Shown here piece after piece: positions 9,317 to 23,240 of a DNA stretch of 64,000 nucleotides; the stretch's first letter is position 1, and the number at the start of each line of letters is the position of its first letter. The notes beneath the pieces were generated by a model. The model was not told where the DNA came from and ran no database searches. It saw only the letters and a list, made by a program, of their open reading frames with translations. The stretch is from Felis catus. Its lineage: Eukaryota. The stretch lies in NCBI RefSeq assembly GCF_018350175.1, contig NC_058368.1, positions 152,708,001 through 152,772,000 of the forward strand, written 5' to 3'. The translations under genes and the position numbers were made by a program.

Positions 9317-11639
9317 TATGTTTCAGTGTATGTCAGTATTCAGTTCTCCCTCTGTTTGCCCCCAGTCTTGCACAGGGCACAAATGATACGTGAACCGAGT
9401 TATTATCCCAAGTGAAATGAGCGGAAGTTTTACACAGTTACTTTTGCTTTCATGGAGGCCTGGTCCTCCTGGCATCATGGTAATAGTGTAGTGGCAGGAG
9501 TTCAGTTTGGGGCTGATGATGCAGTAAAGTTGATCTTGAGTCGTAGACAACTTTTCTGTGCCCTTTTTAGCTTTCTGATTTTTTTCCTCATGCTTCCTCA
9601 AAACTAGTTTTTTACTGTGATATAGACCCTATATCTATATAGGGTCTGCGCCAATATTAGTAAGCTTTTAGTCTTTTGAAAATATCCAATATCTCTATCC
9701 AAGTACCTGCAGAAAATCTTTTTGTAAGCAAAAGCTTATTCAGAACGTTCTCTGGATCAGATATTATCCAAGCTATTTTTCGTCTTTCCATACGAACATG
9801 ACAGAATTTCCTTTCTTGATGATACTTGAAAAGTAAGGAAAAGCTTGAAGAAGTGTATAATGTCTGAATTTTGGTGATGCCAGTTTAGAAATCTGTTTGC
9901 ACCACTAATTCCAGACTCAATTCTTTATCTCTTCTGTATTCAGTTAAAAAACAAAAGGTCTTACAGCACAGACAGTTAATTTAACACTATAGGGCAAAAG
10001 AGACATTATTAGTCACGGACACAATTCCTCAAGGTTCAAAACAGCTGTAGGTTGTGGAAGGCTGGTGGAAATTAGAAGGTTGTATAGTTTGTATAGTACA
10101 TAATGGATGAGCAACTCAAGAATAGGAGGCATCAGACTCTGTGTGCAAAGTTGAATGAAAGTGAAGAAAGGAGAATCTGAGACATGAGCTCCTCATTCTT
10201 CACCAACCCTCTCAGCTGAGTACATTAGTCTGAGATACAACTTTTGGCAGGCTTAGGGTTTGCTAATGTGCTGTCCCAGTTGCAAACCATCTGAAAGCAA
10301 AGAACGACTCTTTGTGAATGGGGCAGTTTGATTTAGCAGATGCTTAAGGAACCCAGACAAAAAGGCTTAGAGACTAGGAAATAAGCCTTGGAAAATTAAC
10401 ATTTTCCTTTGGATCAGTTCATTTCATAGCCTTCTATATCTTCTTTCTTTGTGTTTTCAAAAATATTATATTTAGAATAAATTCTGTAGCTTTTTTGACA
10501 AATGTAAGCTATGACTTATTTTCCTTCTTTTTAGAAAGTTTTGAAGGAAAAATACATTGAGTTTTTTTTCTTGATATAAACAGTATTATTAGTTTAGCTC
10601 TTTCTGAGCGTATGGGAATGAGATTGTTCATTTACAAACACATACTGACTCACACATGGCCATATATTTTAGAAACATCTTTGCCTTCAAGCAATGCACT
10701 TATATTTATATGTGATTCAAATATACAAATTTTATGTGTTTCTTCTTTGTGATATTTTTTAAGATAAATAGTAATTTATATGTGCACATATATAATCCTT
10801 TTCTCTAGAAAGAATGACAGTTATGTGGCTTTTACTGTTTACCTTTACATTGTATTTATTTTATAAAGTAAATGCAGTATACTTACATGTTCTATTTTAC
10901 TTGAATTAGTCTACATACCATATTTGCGGGAGAATTGGTCAATCTGATTTCTTTGTTTTCTTTTACTCAAGTGACTTATTTACCAAATATGTAATTTTTC
11001 CTATCTTTGTCTTCCTGTATGTGATTTTTAAAACAAAATGTATGACATTTAAAAAAGGCGTTTACTTTTGCTCTATAAAATATATATTGTTTATCATAAA
11101 ATGTGAGGTTGTATGTCGGATCAGAATTAGTCCTGTCCACTTGTGGAAAATCATCTTAAATTGCAAGTCTCTTCTGGTGGTACTTACTCTCATCGTTTCC
11201 ACATTACAAAGCCTAAGAGAGGGCTCTATAGAGTGGGAGGTCCATAATGTCTTACTAAGTTCAAAATTGCTTTTCAACTTAAAATCTCTATGATTTTTCC
11301 AGTCTTGTAGTGATTGTCTGTTGCTATACTTCTCAAGTGAACACTGCGTGGGTTGATCAGCTGAATTTTGGGAAGTTAGAATATTAAGATGTTGAAGGTT
11401 TGTAATATACCAAGATTCCTATAGAGCTCATCCTGTGTTGGAGGGATGAGTCGACAAACATTTACTGTGTCTCAGCTGCAGTTTTGGGTCTATGTCATGG
11501 CTGGGAAAAGGCTGAGAAGACCACAGACTCACAAGGACTTTGCTGGAAAGTAAAAGTCTGGAGTGCATAAAATGATGAGCAAGAAACATGTGAAATTTAT
11601 GATAAAGTTTTAAGTTTAGTGAGGTTAATAGTAGAAATT

Positions 11640-12330
11640 CAGAAAGAGATAGAATAAAGATGACTGTAGATACCAGGAAATCTTCTGGAAAGAGAGGGAG
11701 ATTTAACTGGTGTTTAAGAGTAGGTACACTTTGGACTTGTGAGATGATGAGAGGCCATTCTAGATGAGAAGAACACCATGAAAGTTATTCTAGTGGCCAT
11801 GTTCATTAAGTACATACAGGGATAATTTGTGTTATACGTAGGCTGTTTTTCTTTGAACAGAAAGACATGTTAAGTTACGTTTGGAGTTCTGAATGATCTT
11901 CTGATACTGAATTTTCTCTGTCAGGGAAGGGGGAGTGGGTGACTGGAGGTGTGGTGAGTGGAAGAGAAGAATGAGATGTGGGCAACTCTGTTTGGCTTTA
12001 AAGTCAAGATAGTTGGGTATAAGTGATAAGGAGGTAAAGAAGATGGCAGTGTTGGTGATGTTAGTGGTGACGGGACATGGAACAGAGATACTGATTTCTA
12101 TTTTGGACATTCTGTCTATAAGGTGTCTGTGTGACATTTAGATGATGTCCTGTGACAGTTGATTATAAAGATTTAGAATTTGAAGGAGAGATCTAGGGAT
12201 TTTTAAGGAGAGTGTATGAAATTGTAAGATAAAGGGCTTAGGAAGAACCTTGGGGAATAATAACTGAAGAGCAAAAAGAGCCCAAGAAGCCAGTGCAGGA
12301 GATTGAAATAGGATGGTGAATGAAAGAGGA
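11640..12330 (+). mobile_element. Degenerate L2-like fragment
   Basis: Purine-rich; TTTCTATTTTGGACATT..AGATGATGTC motif typical of L2; by eye only. Confidence 0.5.
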
Positions 12331-12466
12331 GGTGAAATTGCCAAGTTTATTTGTGAACTTTAGCCATATTTACTTTGGTGCCCCGTGCTATTATGACTTT
12401 TTTTTCAATTTAAAAATTTCTGTTCTTTAAAATTTTTCATTGTGTTTGTTTCTTTGTTTATTATAG

Positions 12467-12643
12467 TTGGAAACTGTGGAGTTGGTGAACATAATTCCCC
12501 CAATCCCACCTATAAGTCCTAGATTTGGGAAAATCCAAAATATTTCTTTAGCGGTTACTCCGGACATTGCAAATGGAGAAATTGGCTTCATTAGCAACCT
12601 TCCAATCATTTTGCATGAACCAGAAGATTCTGCTGCTGAAGTG
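12467..12643 (+). CDS. ADGRV1: ADGRV1 coding exon (~exon 10), 177 nt, phase 0-0
   Basis: ttatag|TTG..GTG|gtaagt; ORF 12467..12676. Confidence 0.95.
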
Positions 12644-14770
12644 GTAAGTAGGCTTATTCTCATTGATGGGGCCTAATGAGTCTTGAGATAATGCACAGAC
12701 ACTATTTTTTTTTTTTTTTTTAGTATTAACATACAAAAGCAACAGATCTTGAAAAGCACCAGCATTTACAGCAAGTCTTCAATATGTCATTTGATATAAA
12801 TAACTGATGAGGATGTGATTTTCCATCATCTTTTGCCATATTTGAAAAAATAAAATTAGAATTAATCGCTCATGGCCAGAATTGAGTATTTTGACGTGGC
12901 TACTTTTAGGTAGTGCTATGACATTTGACAGAGTGATAGCCAAATATATTTTTTTGTTGCCAAGTCATGTGTACCTCAGGTATCCTTGGCCTGTTCCATT
13001 TCTTAGCATTCCTTATGTTTGCCTCTTGGGGCAGGACTGGGGTGTCTGCCTTGGGTTCTCTGCTTGATGATGGAAGTGATGGTGGTAAAGTAGTGGAATG
13101 CCAAATCCTAGGAATTTTATATTATATATATGGGTAAATTTTTGTGTATGCGCACACACACAAAAGCATACTCATATATTCAGCACTCCTACCTGCTCCC
13201 TACCCTAATTGAATTTTCCTGCCATCTATCCAGGGATGGCTCTAACCTTCAGCTTTACCATTTTCTGAGTCACAGTCTATCCCTGAGACCCTTTCCAAGT
13301 CTCTCACACTTCTGTTTGATTTAAAGTAGTTTGGGGTTCAGATCAGAAAAGAAGATAACTGTTTTTGTTATCAAAGCCTCATGTCAAAATGGGGTGTCTG
13401 CAACTTCCTTTGTTTGTATATTTCATTCTATAAATAGGCAGAGAAGCTAATTTTTTAAGATGGTTGTGATTTTTTATATTTTTTCTTAATACTCTGTTTC
13501 CTTCTAAAAACTAAAAAAAAAAAAAAAAAATTAAAGAGTGGATTGCTTTCTTTCATTCATCTGTCATTGTACCATTTCATATTTTTCCCTTGAGAGAAGT
13601 AAGTTTTGAGGGAAAATTTTGGGCTCTATGAACCTGAATTCTTCTCCTTCTGGGAAACAGAAAGGGTGGAAATTTCCCTTGGTTCTGTTTCTCTGTGTTT
13701 CATCTGTAGCCCAGGCCACACCCATTCTTCAGGGTGATTAAAAGGCTCAGCCCTCTGTTAATTTTTTTTGTTTTCCCTAAATATCTTATTTTGCTCCCTA
13801 GTCTCCAGCCCTGACTATTGCTAGTCAAATTAGCAGAATGGTTAGTGAGGAAAATATCTTCCATTTTTCAAGATGAGATGTATTAAAAAAGCAAAGAACA
13901 AAGAAAGTACCTTTTTTAGGGGCTTAAAAAATGGCATATCTACCATTAAGTATTCATTTATATTCTTTATTTGAAAAAACTTTATCATTATCTATAATTT
14001 ATCCTTTTATTATGTATATTTCATATATACTACACTTAAAACTACCAAATATAATTTGTTTCAGAATTATTATAATATCCTTTATTTAGATCCTACAATG
14101 GAGAGGCACTCTAATCCTCTCCACAAACTTACAAAATAGGGAAACTCTAGCTTCATTTCACTTGTGGAAATTGAGGTCAGGGAGGTTAAGTAACTTGTCC
14201 AGAGTAACCCAGAATTATGATTTGAGTATCTGATTTTGTTTCTACTGCATTTATTGTGTGGGTTAGAAACATTTATTTATGGTATTACTTTATATTTTTG
14301 CCCTCATCATTTTAGGATGCCTCTCACATAATTTTCTAGTTTTACTTACAAAAGCTCATTTTTCAGTTTATATTGTGATATTACGTTGATTCTTTTTTCA
14401 GAGAAACTGCAGTGGAAATGTATTCTTCAGGCAGATTGTTCTGTTTTTCATGATTTTTTGACTTTTAAAATATTTTTCTTTTTATTAAGACAAATCCCAG
14501 GTTAGGGATACTTTTGGGTGGGAGCAATTTTGTAGATAAATTTGATTAGCAAATATTAATAAGAATTAGCTATATCTAAAATTATTTTTATGCTTAAACA
14601 GAAGGCTTGTTCAGTTGTATTTTTAATGTCATCTAATAGTTGGCTTCTCTATACAGAATGCATATATTCATAATTCACATAATAACATGTGCATACCCTA
14701 ACTGAAAGCTTATATAATTTGTTAGCATATGTTTCAGAAGAAATTGTTCCATTTTTTTTCTTTGTATAAG

Positions 14771-14994
14771 GTCTACATTCCCTTACATCGAGATGGAACT
14801 GATGGCCAGGCTACTGTCTATTGGAGTTTGAAGCCCTCTGGCTTTAATTCAAAAGCAGTGACCCTGGACGATATAGGTCCCTTTAATGGCTCTGTTGTGT
14901 TTTTATCTGGGCAAAGTGACACAACAATCAACATTACGGTCAAAGCTGATGATACACCGGAAATGAATGAGACGGTAACACTTTCTCTAGACAG
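14771..14994 (+). CDS. ADGRV1: ADGRV1 coding exon (~exon 11), 224 nt, phase 0-2
   Basis: tataag|GTC..CAG|gtaata; ORF 14729..14998 (ADDTPEMNETV). Confidence 0.96.
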
Positions 14995-17900
14995 GTAATA
15001 ACCCGTTTAGTTTATGTTTATTTAGTAACATGTATATGTTATATGTTCAAGGTCTCTGAAATAATTTTTTGTTTTAATTATTTCCTCCATATAAAGTAAA
15101 AAGAAAAAACTGAGTGGATAACATTTTGCTCCTCTTCTGATGTTTTTTGTTGATGGCAACTATGAGTGTTATGACATAGTGAACTCTTACCCTGCTATTC
15201 ATTATGAGGAAACATTACAGGGAAAATTTATGAAAGGTATCAGATACATCATAAGCATAGCTAATATGTTGCTATATTAAAAAAGTAGGCAGCAACAAAT
15301 CTAAAATGTTAGGTTAAGCAAACAGCTCTGTTGGCTTCATTTTCAACAGGGGAGAGGATTAGAGCTTTATTTTGAGTGAGTAAAAAGAAAGCGTTAATCT
15401 TTATATAATGAAATTCTCTTTTAGCATAGAATGTGAATGCTAAATAGTATTTATATTTTTAGAGAATCAAAAGTACAAATTTAAGAGGTATTCTTCTGTA
15501 ATAATGAGAATTTACTTAATATTTCTCAGTGGATAATTGGTATTAGGAAAATATTACAGTCTCCTAAAGAGAATTTTTTTTAAGCAATTCAAAAAATCTC
15601 CAAAAATGAAAAAGAATACTGTATTTAACTGATGTCAGTTAATTAAAAAAAATCAAGATCAATCTTATGTACTGTAATTCCCTATATTAAAGTTGATACA
15701 TATTAGAGGGGGTTAGTGTGATTGGAGGGCTTTGTAAAATTCATATTTTATAAACAATAAAATTCACAGATAAATTTAATTGGCATTATCTTATATTACA
15801 TGAATCAGGAGTGAAATAGTAATCATTATTTTATGGAAGCCCTGATCCTCTATATTTTACCATTAGGTTTTTCTTTGTAGGTATTTTGCGTAAACATATT
15901 CCATAAACCTGATTAGTAGCTCTTCTTTATTTTTATGTTGAGGAAAAATAAGAATGTACGGAATAAATTTATAGAATGTCTGCTATGCATTTTGTTTTCA
16001 TAACCGTTTTATGTGTATTTTTTTACGTGAAAAGTAACAAAACAACAACAAAGTAAACAAACAAAAAAGCAAAAACCAAATGCAACACTCACACTGTCCA
16101 AATGACTTATGTTTTAAATACGTATTTCACATTAAATCTTATGGAAAGGTATTTCAAATGACTCAAGAAAATCAGTGAAATGTAATGTAAATGAAAACTG
16201 AAAATGATTATTTTTTCACTTACATTCTTTTTCCCTTAGTTAGGTTTGAGTACTTCTTAAATCAATAGACAGTCTTCAAAAATAAACTGAAAGAAAATGA
16301 ACAGCAGTTATAAACCAGACATATAGCAGTTCATAGAAATTGTTAATGAGTTTCCACTTTGGCCAAATGTTTAAAGAATGATTTAAATTTCATCTCTGAA
16401 AGTTTATAGTGACTATAATTACATCAAAATAGTCAATTTTAACTTTATAATATAAACCTTTAATTAAATATAATTTTTATGTGTTTATTTCTCTGTCTCC
16501 CATCGGCAAAAACAATACACAAGAAGTACCAATCATGGAGTAGAGAATTTCAGGAATTATTAGTTCCTCTCTTTTCAAATACAGGAAATTATTTCAATGT
16601 TATATTAAAATGTTTTAATTCAATTAGCAACTAGTGCTTACTTGTATTAGTTGTGCATGAATAAGAATGAGCAAAGTACCTTTGAGTGTTCTAAGACATA
16701 TTTAATTAAATAAATATGAGAATAAAATCTTTGGAAATAATATATTTTACCAAAACCTCCATCTCACTTTTGCAAATTTTTAACAAAACTAAAATAAAAG
16801 AATGAATGGTAGTAAGTATTATTATGTTATGATATAATAGTGCAACAAAAATAATTAACACTTTATTGTGATACATTATATACTTTCTGTAAAGTCAAAT
16901 TCAAATACAAGTTCTCTGTAGTACAGATAAAAGTTGCTCTGGAGTTAAACAGTTTATGATGCTTTCAATATCTTATCAGGTAAAAAATATTTTACTGTTT
17001 AGTTTTCCCCAAATCAGAAAAAGAAATTATTTTTCCAATTTATTTCAGAAAACTTTTTGTATATGTGGTGTATAACCCCATTTTTACAATGTTATTTGAC
17101 TTTAAAAATGAAGCCCTTGTGTTGTGCATGTTGACATGTGTTTTTTGAGGCTGTTTGAAAATGCAATACATTGTATATTTGAAAGTATTTAGATTTCCTG
17201 ATACTAAGTTCTTTGTAAGTAATAGTTGTCAAAATTAAAAGATAAACTGCTGTCTTATGGCTTCTTGAATATATTTCTATGCAAATGGGAAAGGTATGTA
17301 TTTCTTTGCTTATAGAGTTTTAATTTTTTCAAAGAACAGTTGGCTTTAGATCTGAGGACAAAGATTTTTGTTTTTTTAAAAACCTCATTAAAGCTACTAA
17401 GTAATTATAAGTCAGGCTGAATGAGATTTGCTCAGCTGCTGCGGTCTGTGAGCATGCACAGTGCTTGGCAGGCCTCCGCGCCTTGGAGCAGGCCTGGAAA
17501 GGAATGTCTTCAATGGGTGTTGACATGCTGGCTGGCCATGGGGTCATCCTTCCCAAGTGGGAACTGCTGAACCTCTTGCTAGCATTTGTCAATAGCAAAG
17601 AAACCAATGTGCAGAATTCCCATAAAGTGTACACTACTGGCTCATGGGGGAAAAACGAAAGGCTTTCTTTAGCTTTATTTTTACTCTGTCATTCAAATTC
17701 CTAGCAGTATTAGTGAGATTTTGGCAAATGGTGTCTCTGTCTCCTTTTTCGTCCCTCCCATACTTCTTTCTGTGTTGACAGGGTAGAAACCAAAAGGTTT
17801 GTCGTGTTTTTTGGGTAAGTGTACAAAATAATGACTGGGTTTTTTTTTTTGTTTTTGGTTTTTGGTTTTGGTTTTTCAACCTTTTGCTTTTCCAGCCATT

Positions 17901-19123
17901 GTTTTGGACAAGGCTGTGGTTCTGCGTGGTTCTGCATGACCACAGGTCTTGAAAAATTTTGCTTGATGCCTGTGCATGTTTTGTGTGTAGTTTCATGTTC
18001 TAATGGTAAGAGGAGTGTGTATGAAATATGGGCAGATTTGTTTTGAAAATCATATGACTGCATTAACAATATAACAAATAGCTGTCCTATTATTTGGACT
18101 GTCTCTTCTGTGGCCATGAGTATGCTAGGTGTTGGTTGTCCGATATCCAAAAGCTAGAGAAGGATGTTAATTCTGATTCTCTTTTACGTAGGAAGTGAGC
18201 TATCTTTTCTACGTATTAATTGTGGCTTCATTGTAATTTTGAGGTCTGATCATGAGTACTTTTTGGTTTAGCAGACAGTGACATTTGGGAAGGTTTAGAG
18301 CAGATTGCAGGATTGAGAATTCTTAGAGTATGCTGGCTTTTAAACCCCCAGAGCCTTGCCTCCCAGTCCCTTTGATCATTCTAATTACACATTGAGCATA
18401 AAAACCAGAAATGAAAAAAATAATCTGGTTTTAAATATGTTCTTTTGAGAGATGTATTGGAATTGTTTACCAAGTCATACATCTCAGTTCCATTCTATTC
18501 CATATTTTTTGGTGTATGTCCTATATTTTCTTATATAATAACAAAAAATTATGAGGTTAAAATTGAAGTGAATAGAACCATATGAAAGGTCACAAAATAT
18601 TTCTAAAATCTAATCATAATTTCATTTATTTTTTATCTGTGTGGTTTGCTTTAGTCCATGCAGTTACCCAACTTTTATTTAGTTAGTATAATCTAATGTC
18701 ATGAGTTATTTAAAAAAAAATTCAAGTGTATGTAAAGTCAAAACAATTTTATTTAAATATATTTTCTAACTACATGTTACAAATTAAATTTTTCTAAAAC
18801 TGTGAACAAATTTCTAGATTTGGTACTTTATAAAAATATATTTATTGCCTTTGATTACTGTATTTTTGGTGTACTTAGGCAACATGCGATTTCAGTCAAA
18901 CATGAAAGATATAAATAATTCAGAAATAGAAATTCTTCCATAAATGTTATGAGTAAAACTATTTTGATCCTAAGTGATTTTAATACACTTAAATTCAGTT
19001 TAACTCCTAGTAACATTCATACTCATTTTCTGAAAATGTTGTAAATATTATAAATAAGGCTACAAAATTGAGAAGTAAGATTATAGGTGGTGGATGCCTT
19101 TTTCTCCCCTTTGCCTTTTACAG

Positions 19124-19250
19124 GGTCAGTGTGGAAAATCAAGTGCTAAAATCTGGATATACTAGCCGTGACCTAATTATTTTGGAAAATGATGATCCTG
19201 GAGGAGTTTTTGAATTTTCTCCTACATCTAGAGGACCCTATGTTATAAAA
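19124..19250 (+). CDS. ADGRV1: ADGRV1 coding exon (~exon 12), 127 nt, phase 2-0
   Basis: ttacag|G..AAA|gtaagt; ENDDPGGVFEF. Confidence 0.95.
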
Positions 19251-19347
19251 GTAAGTATTAGAGAAACTTCCATCTATTCTGTACTCACAACTTGAGGAGA
19301 ACAGTCTTGATGGATTTGAACTTTTGTGGATTTTCATTTTTTTTAAG

Positions 19348-19533
19348 GAAGGGGAGTCTGTAGAGCTCCATATCACCCGATCCAGGGGAGCTCTGGTTAA
19401 GCAGTTTCTACACTACCGAGTAGAGCCGAGAGATAGCAATGAATTCTACGGAAACACAGGGGTGCTAGAATTTAAACCTGGGGAACGAGAGATCGTAATC
19501 ACATTGTTATCAAGATTGGATGGGATACCAGAG
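19348..19533 (+). CDS. ADGRV1: ADGRV1 coding exon (~exon 13), 186 nt, phase 0-0
   Basis: tttaag|GAA..GAG|gtacag; preceded by a 97-nt intron; EGESVELHITRSRG..DGIPE. Confidence 0.95.
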
Positions 19534-20283
19534 GTACAGGATTTTTTTTCTTGTGCTTTTGTGGAAAGCTGATAGTATCTAGTACATTATGAGTGTAGAT
19601 GTTTTGAACATTGACAAGGAGATAGAGGAATGGAAGTGAGCAAGAAAAGATTGAGAAGTATTTATGCTTGGAAAAGAAAAGAAAGACAAGTTTAAAAAGC
19701 AAAAGAAGATTCATTCAACTTTGAATTGCATGTTTGTCCTACATAAAGAAATACCAAATGGTCTGAAACTTTTAGTGATTGGTTTTCATAAGTTTACTTA
19801 TGTTAAGCCTTATTGTATGTAACCTGTTTGAACGTGTAGTGAGATGGGTTTGAAGTGTTTCTGTAAAATCACATTTTTAAAGGAAATAAAGTTAAGTTTT
19901 GTATTAATGGAACCACATATTATTCCAGCATGTTTGCACACCAGTGTGTATGTAGCTTTGAAATTAATTTTATTTTATTTACATGTGCTAGTTTAAATGA
20001 CTATATCATCAGTGATTTGTCCAAGCCTTCTTAATGTTTCAGTATAGTCTCATGGCTTCTCTTTTCTCTTTTTGGATAATATGTACTTTTATATCTGATG
20101 TCTCCCTTACCCGACAGGAGAATGTTTAACAATTGTTTTAGAAATAATATTAGCTCTTTTGTTTTCTCAGTGAGTGGTATGTTTCTGAAAAATAGGTAGT
20201 AGTAGTATTTCTGATTATCTGTATTTTATTTGCTTTGAAATTTTGAACTTTATATCTTTCCTAATTTGACATGTTCACTTTAG

Positions 20284-20464
20284 TTGGATGAACACTACTG
20301 GGTGGTCCTCAGCAGCCATGGTGAACGGGAAAGCAAGTTGGGAAGTGCCACGGTTGTCAACATAACGATTCTAAAAAACGACGATCCTCATGGGATTATA
20401 GAGTTTGTTTCTGATGATCTAATTGTTATGATCAATGAAAGTAAAGGAGACAATACCTATAGTG
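20284..20464 (+). CDS. ADGRV1: ADGRV1 coding exon (~exon 14), 181 nt, phase 0-1
   Basis: ctttag|TTG..GTG|gtaatt; KNDDPHGIIEF. Confidence 0.95.
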
Positions 20465-21190
20465 GTAATTTGTTCTGCTTCTCATATTCTAGTATTGTTT
20501 ACTAAAGAGGAAATTAACCACTTTTTATTTTATTTCTTTAGCAAATAGTTATTTTTACTTGTCCATCTGCCTTAAAATTACATGTAGTGCAGACATTGGT
20601 GTTTTTAAAAATGACGTTTAGGATTCTTATTTTTATTTCTTGCCTTAGTATTGTAATGATAATGATGTAATGATAATGATGGTCTCAGTTATATTTTGAT
20701 TTCAGTTAACCACATGTGGTAGAATCCGAACGATAGGATTCAAATAGGAGAGACTTTGAGAATTAGTGCTTGGGAGCTAAGTGCAGTGGCATGAAATGAG
20801 AAGGAGCTTATTTTTAGAGCAGCGTCTGTGTAGGTGAAAAAATTACTTTTGAGTGTACAGCTTCCTCTAGCAGCTTTAGCAAATATCCTTTTAGAACTTT
20901 ATGATAGGTGAACCTGATTAATCACCATTTTGTTCCCTGTGGTGAATGACTTTTAAATCCCCGAACTGTGGTAAATAAGATCAAGTCCATTTATTGCACA
21001 AATTTTATACCTGCAGAAAGAAAACTAGGTTACCACATTTAGATACATACTTTGAACCCATGTAAGCAAATGATTGGCTTTTATTAAAAAGAGGTCTTAT
21101 ATTTACTTTTGTTTTTTAAGCAGTTTCTTTACTTATTTTATAATTGTTCAATATATATTCATGTATATTATACACATTTGTATTTCACAG

Positions 21191-21354
21191 CTGTTTATGA
21201 TGTAGTAAGAAATCGAGGCAACTTTGGTGTTGTTAGTGTATCATGGGTGGTTTGTCCAGACTTTACACAAGATGTGTTTCCTGTCCAAGGGACTATTTTC
21301 TTTGGAGATCAGGAATTTTTGAAAAATATCACCATTTATTCCCTTCCAGATGAG
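21191..21354 (+). CDS. ADGRV1: ADGRV1 coding exon (~exon 15), 164 nt, phase 1-0
   Basis: tcacag|CT..GAG|gtaaat; VVRNRGNFGVVSVSW..LPDE. Confidence 0.95.
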
Positions 21355-22434
21355 GTAAATGTTGCATATATTAACTCTCTTTATGTGTTGTCATTGCTTA
21401 ATAGTTTTTATTTAATAATTAATCATCTGGCAATACATCTTGTCATGAAGATATGTCAAAAAGAATTCAGGCATGATAATGTCTGAATAGACACCAAAAG
21501 AGAAATGCTTTTTGTTTCCCTGAAGGCATTTTTAACTCTTAGAACTCACGGTTGCCAGTAACATGCACAGGTGTCGAGGTTAGGTTGAGGTTAAATGTGC
21601 CACTTGTGCTTTGGGCCTTTGAAGACAAGGGTGTACCATCCATTAAGTATGCTCTTGGTGCATTCTCAGAATCGGAACAAAGGACCAGATGGATCATGGA
21701 CCCAGAGTGGTGCTCATGTTATTGGTAGTGAAGAGAAAGAACTTAGTAACAATGGGAGTGGACTTTTCTGAGCTGAGCTGTGCTTTAAACAGTCACGAAG
21801 GCTGTTCACTTTCCCTCAGGCTTGTTCCTTGAGAGAAAGACTTCCAACATGCTTCCATTTTAGGATGCAGAGAACACTAGCTTGCATGGATGAAATGAAA
21901 GAGAAATGGTGTTCACCTATGGATTTATATAGACTCAGAGATGGTAGGGAATCTCATCTTGGTAGGACATGGGAATGAGGTCTTTATGGGTGAAGCTTCA
22001 GTAAGGTTTGTGAGAGGCCTTTGAGAGCTAGCCACACTCTTGTTACTATTATGATCTCTGTTCTAAATGCATCCAAAAGTTATTTTTCTGGCTTTTATTT
22101 TTTTTTTTGGTAAACGACACATATCTTCTTATAGAAATAATGTGAGCTGTGTAGTATTTATATTTTTAGCATATATAAAACAAAATAACTGGATTTCTAT
22201 TAAATTTTATGAGTTAGAATAAAATGGCTGTTTGGATGAAATGCATAGTAAAATGTTTTTTTTGGTCTGAATCCTACTTGAATCATTAGGGTGCTTCTGC
22301 CTCAAATGGCAGTGAACGTTAGTACTGCCATTAATAGAGTCATTTTTTAAAAGATAAAAAATAATTTAGGACTGTAGTATAGAATTGTTTGTGCAAATCA
22401 CCTGACTTAAAACACGTATAACATTTCCCACAAG

Positions 22435-22558
22435 ATTCCAGAGGAAATGGAGGAATTCACCATTACTCTACTTAATGCCACTGGAGGAGCTAAAATAGGA
22501 AATAGAACTACTGCAACTCTGAGGATTAGAAGAAATGATGACCCCATTTATTTTGCAG
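22435..22558 (+). CDS. ADGRV1: ADGRV1 coding exon (~exon 16), 124 nt, phase 0-1
   Basis: ccacaag|ATT..CAG|gtggta; IPEEMEEFTITLLNATGGAKIGNRTTATLRIRRNDDPIYFA; not in ORF track. Confidence 0.92.
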
Positions 22559-23039
22559 GTGGTATTTCTGTCTTTTTTGAGTGACTTTACATCTTTTTAA
22601 ACAGTAGATAGGTATGTTTTCAGTAACGTTTTTAACTGAACATTTTCAAGAAAGCACAACTGATGCTTATTTAAATATGATTTCTTGATTTGTTTGAATG
22701 ATCATTATTTAATCTGTTTGATATTTTAAGAAATGTTTTTAAAGGTTGTCGGAAGGAAAAAGAAAATAAAACAAGTACTGTTTTTACTAGCTTTGTTCTC
22801 CCTCTGCCTTCAGATTCCAAGGTATTTCTTTTGCCTTTGTGCAGTAAAATAGCACTCTTCACGAAACTTCTTCCAGTACACAATGTAGACAGTTCAGGGT
22901 CTGGGTATTATTTGCCTAACGGATGCTCACTTACTGTAATAACTAATCTTTATTGGATCTGTAAATTAAGGATTCCCTATTTTTTGCATTTTAATTTTCT
23001 TTAGAAGTCTCTTTGGGGACTCTAGACAGTTTTTAGTTT

Positions 23040-23240
23040 TCATTGTAATTTTAATTCCAGTATAGGTAACGTACAGTGTGATATTACTTTCAGGTATACA
23101 ATATAGTAATTCAAAACTTCGATACAACACCCCATGCTCATTGTGACAAGGGCACTCCTTAATCCCCATCACCTATTTTATCCCCAATCCCTACCTTCCC
23201 ACTCTGCCTCCTGGAACCATTGGTTTGTTCTCTGCAGTTG
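23040..23240 (-). mobile_element. Carnivore L1 3' end fragment
   Basis: TTAATTCCAGTATAGGTAACGTACAGTGTGATATTACTTTCAGGTATACAATATAGT..CTCCTTAATCCCCATCACCTATTT. Confidence 0.8.

Noticed and set aside
17329..18150. Five overlapping ORFs up to 146 aa on both strands
   Set aside because: Low-complexity K/F-rich content from T-runs, mostly non-ATG starts, no recognisable domain or splice structure
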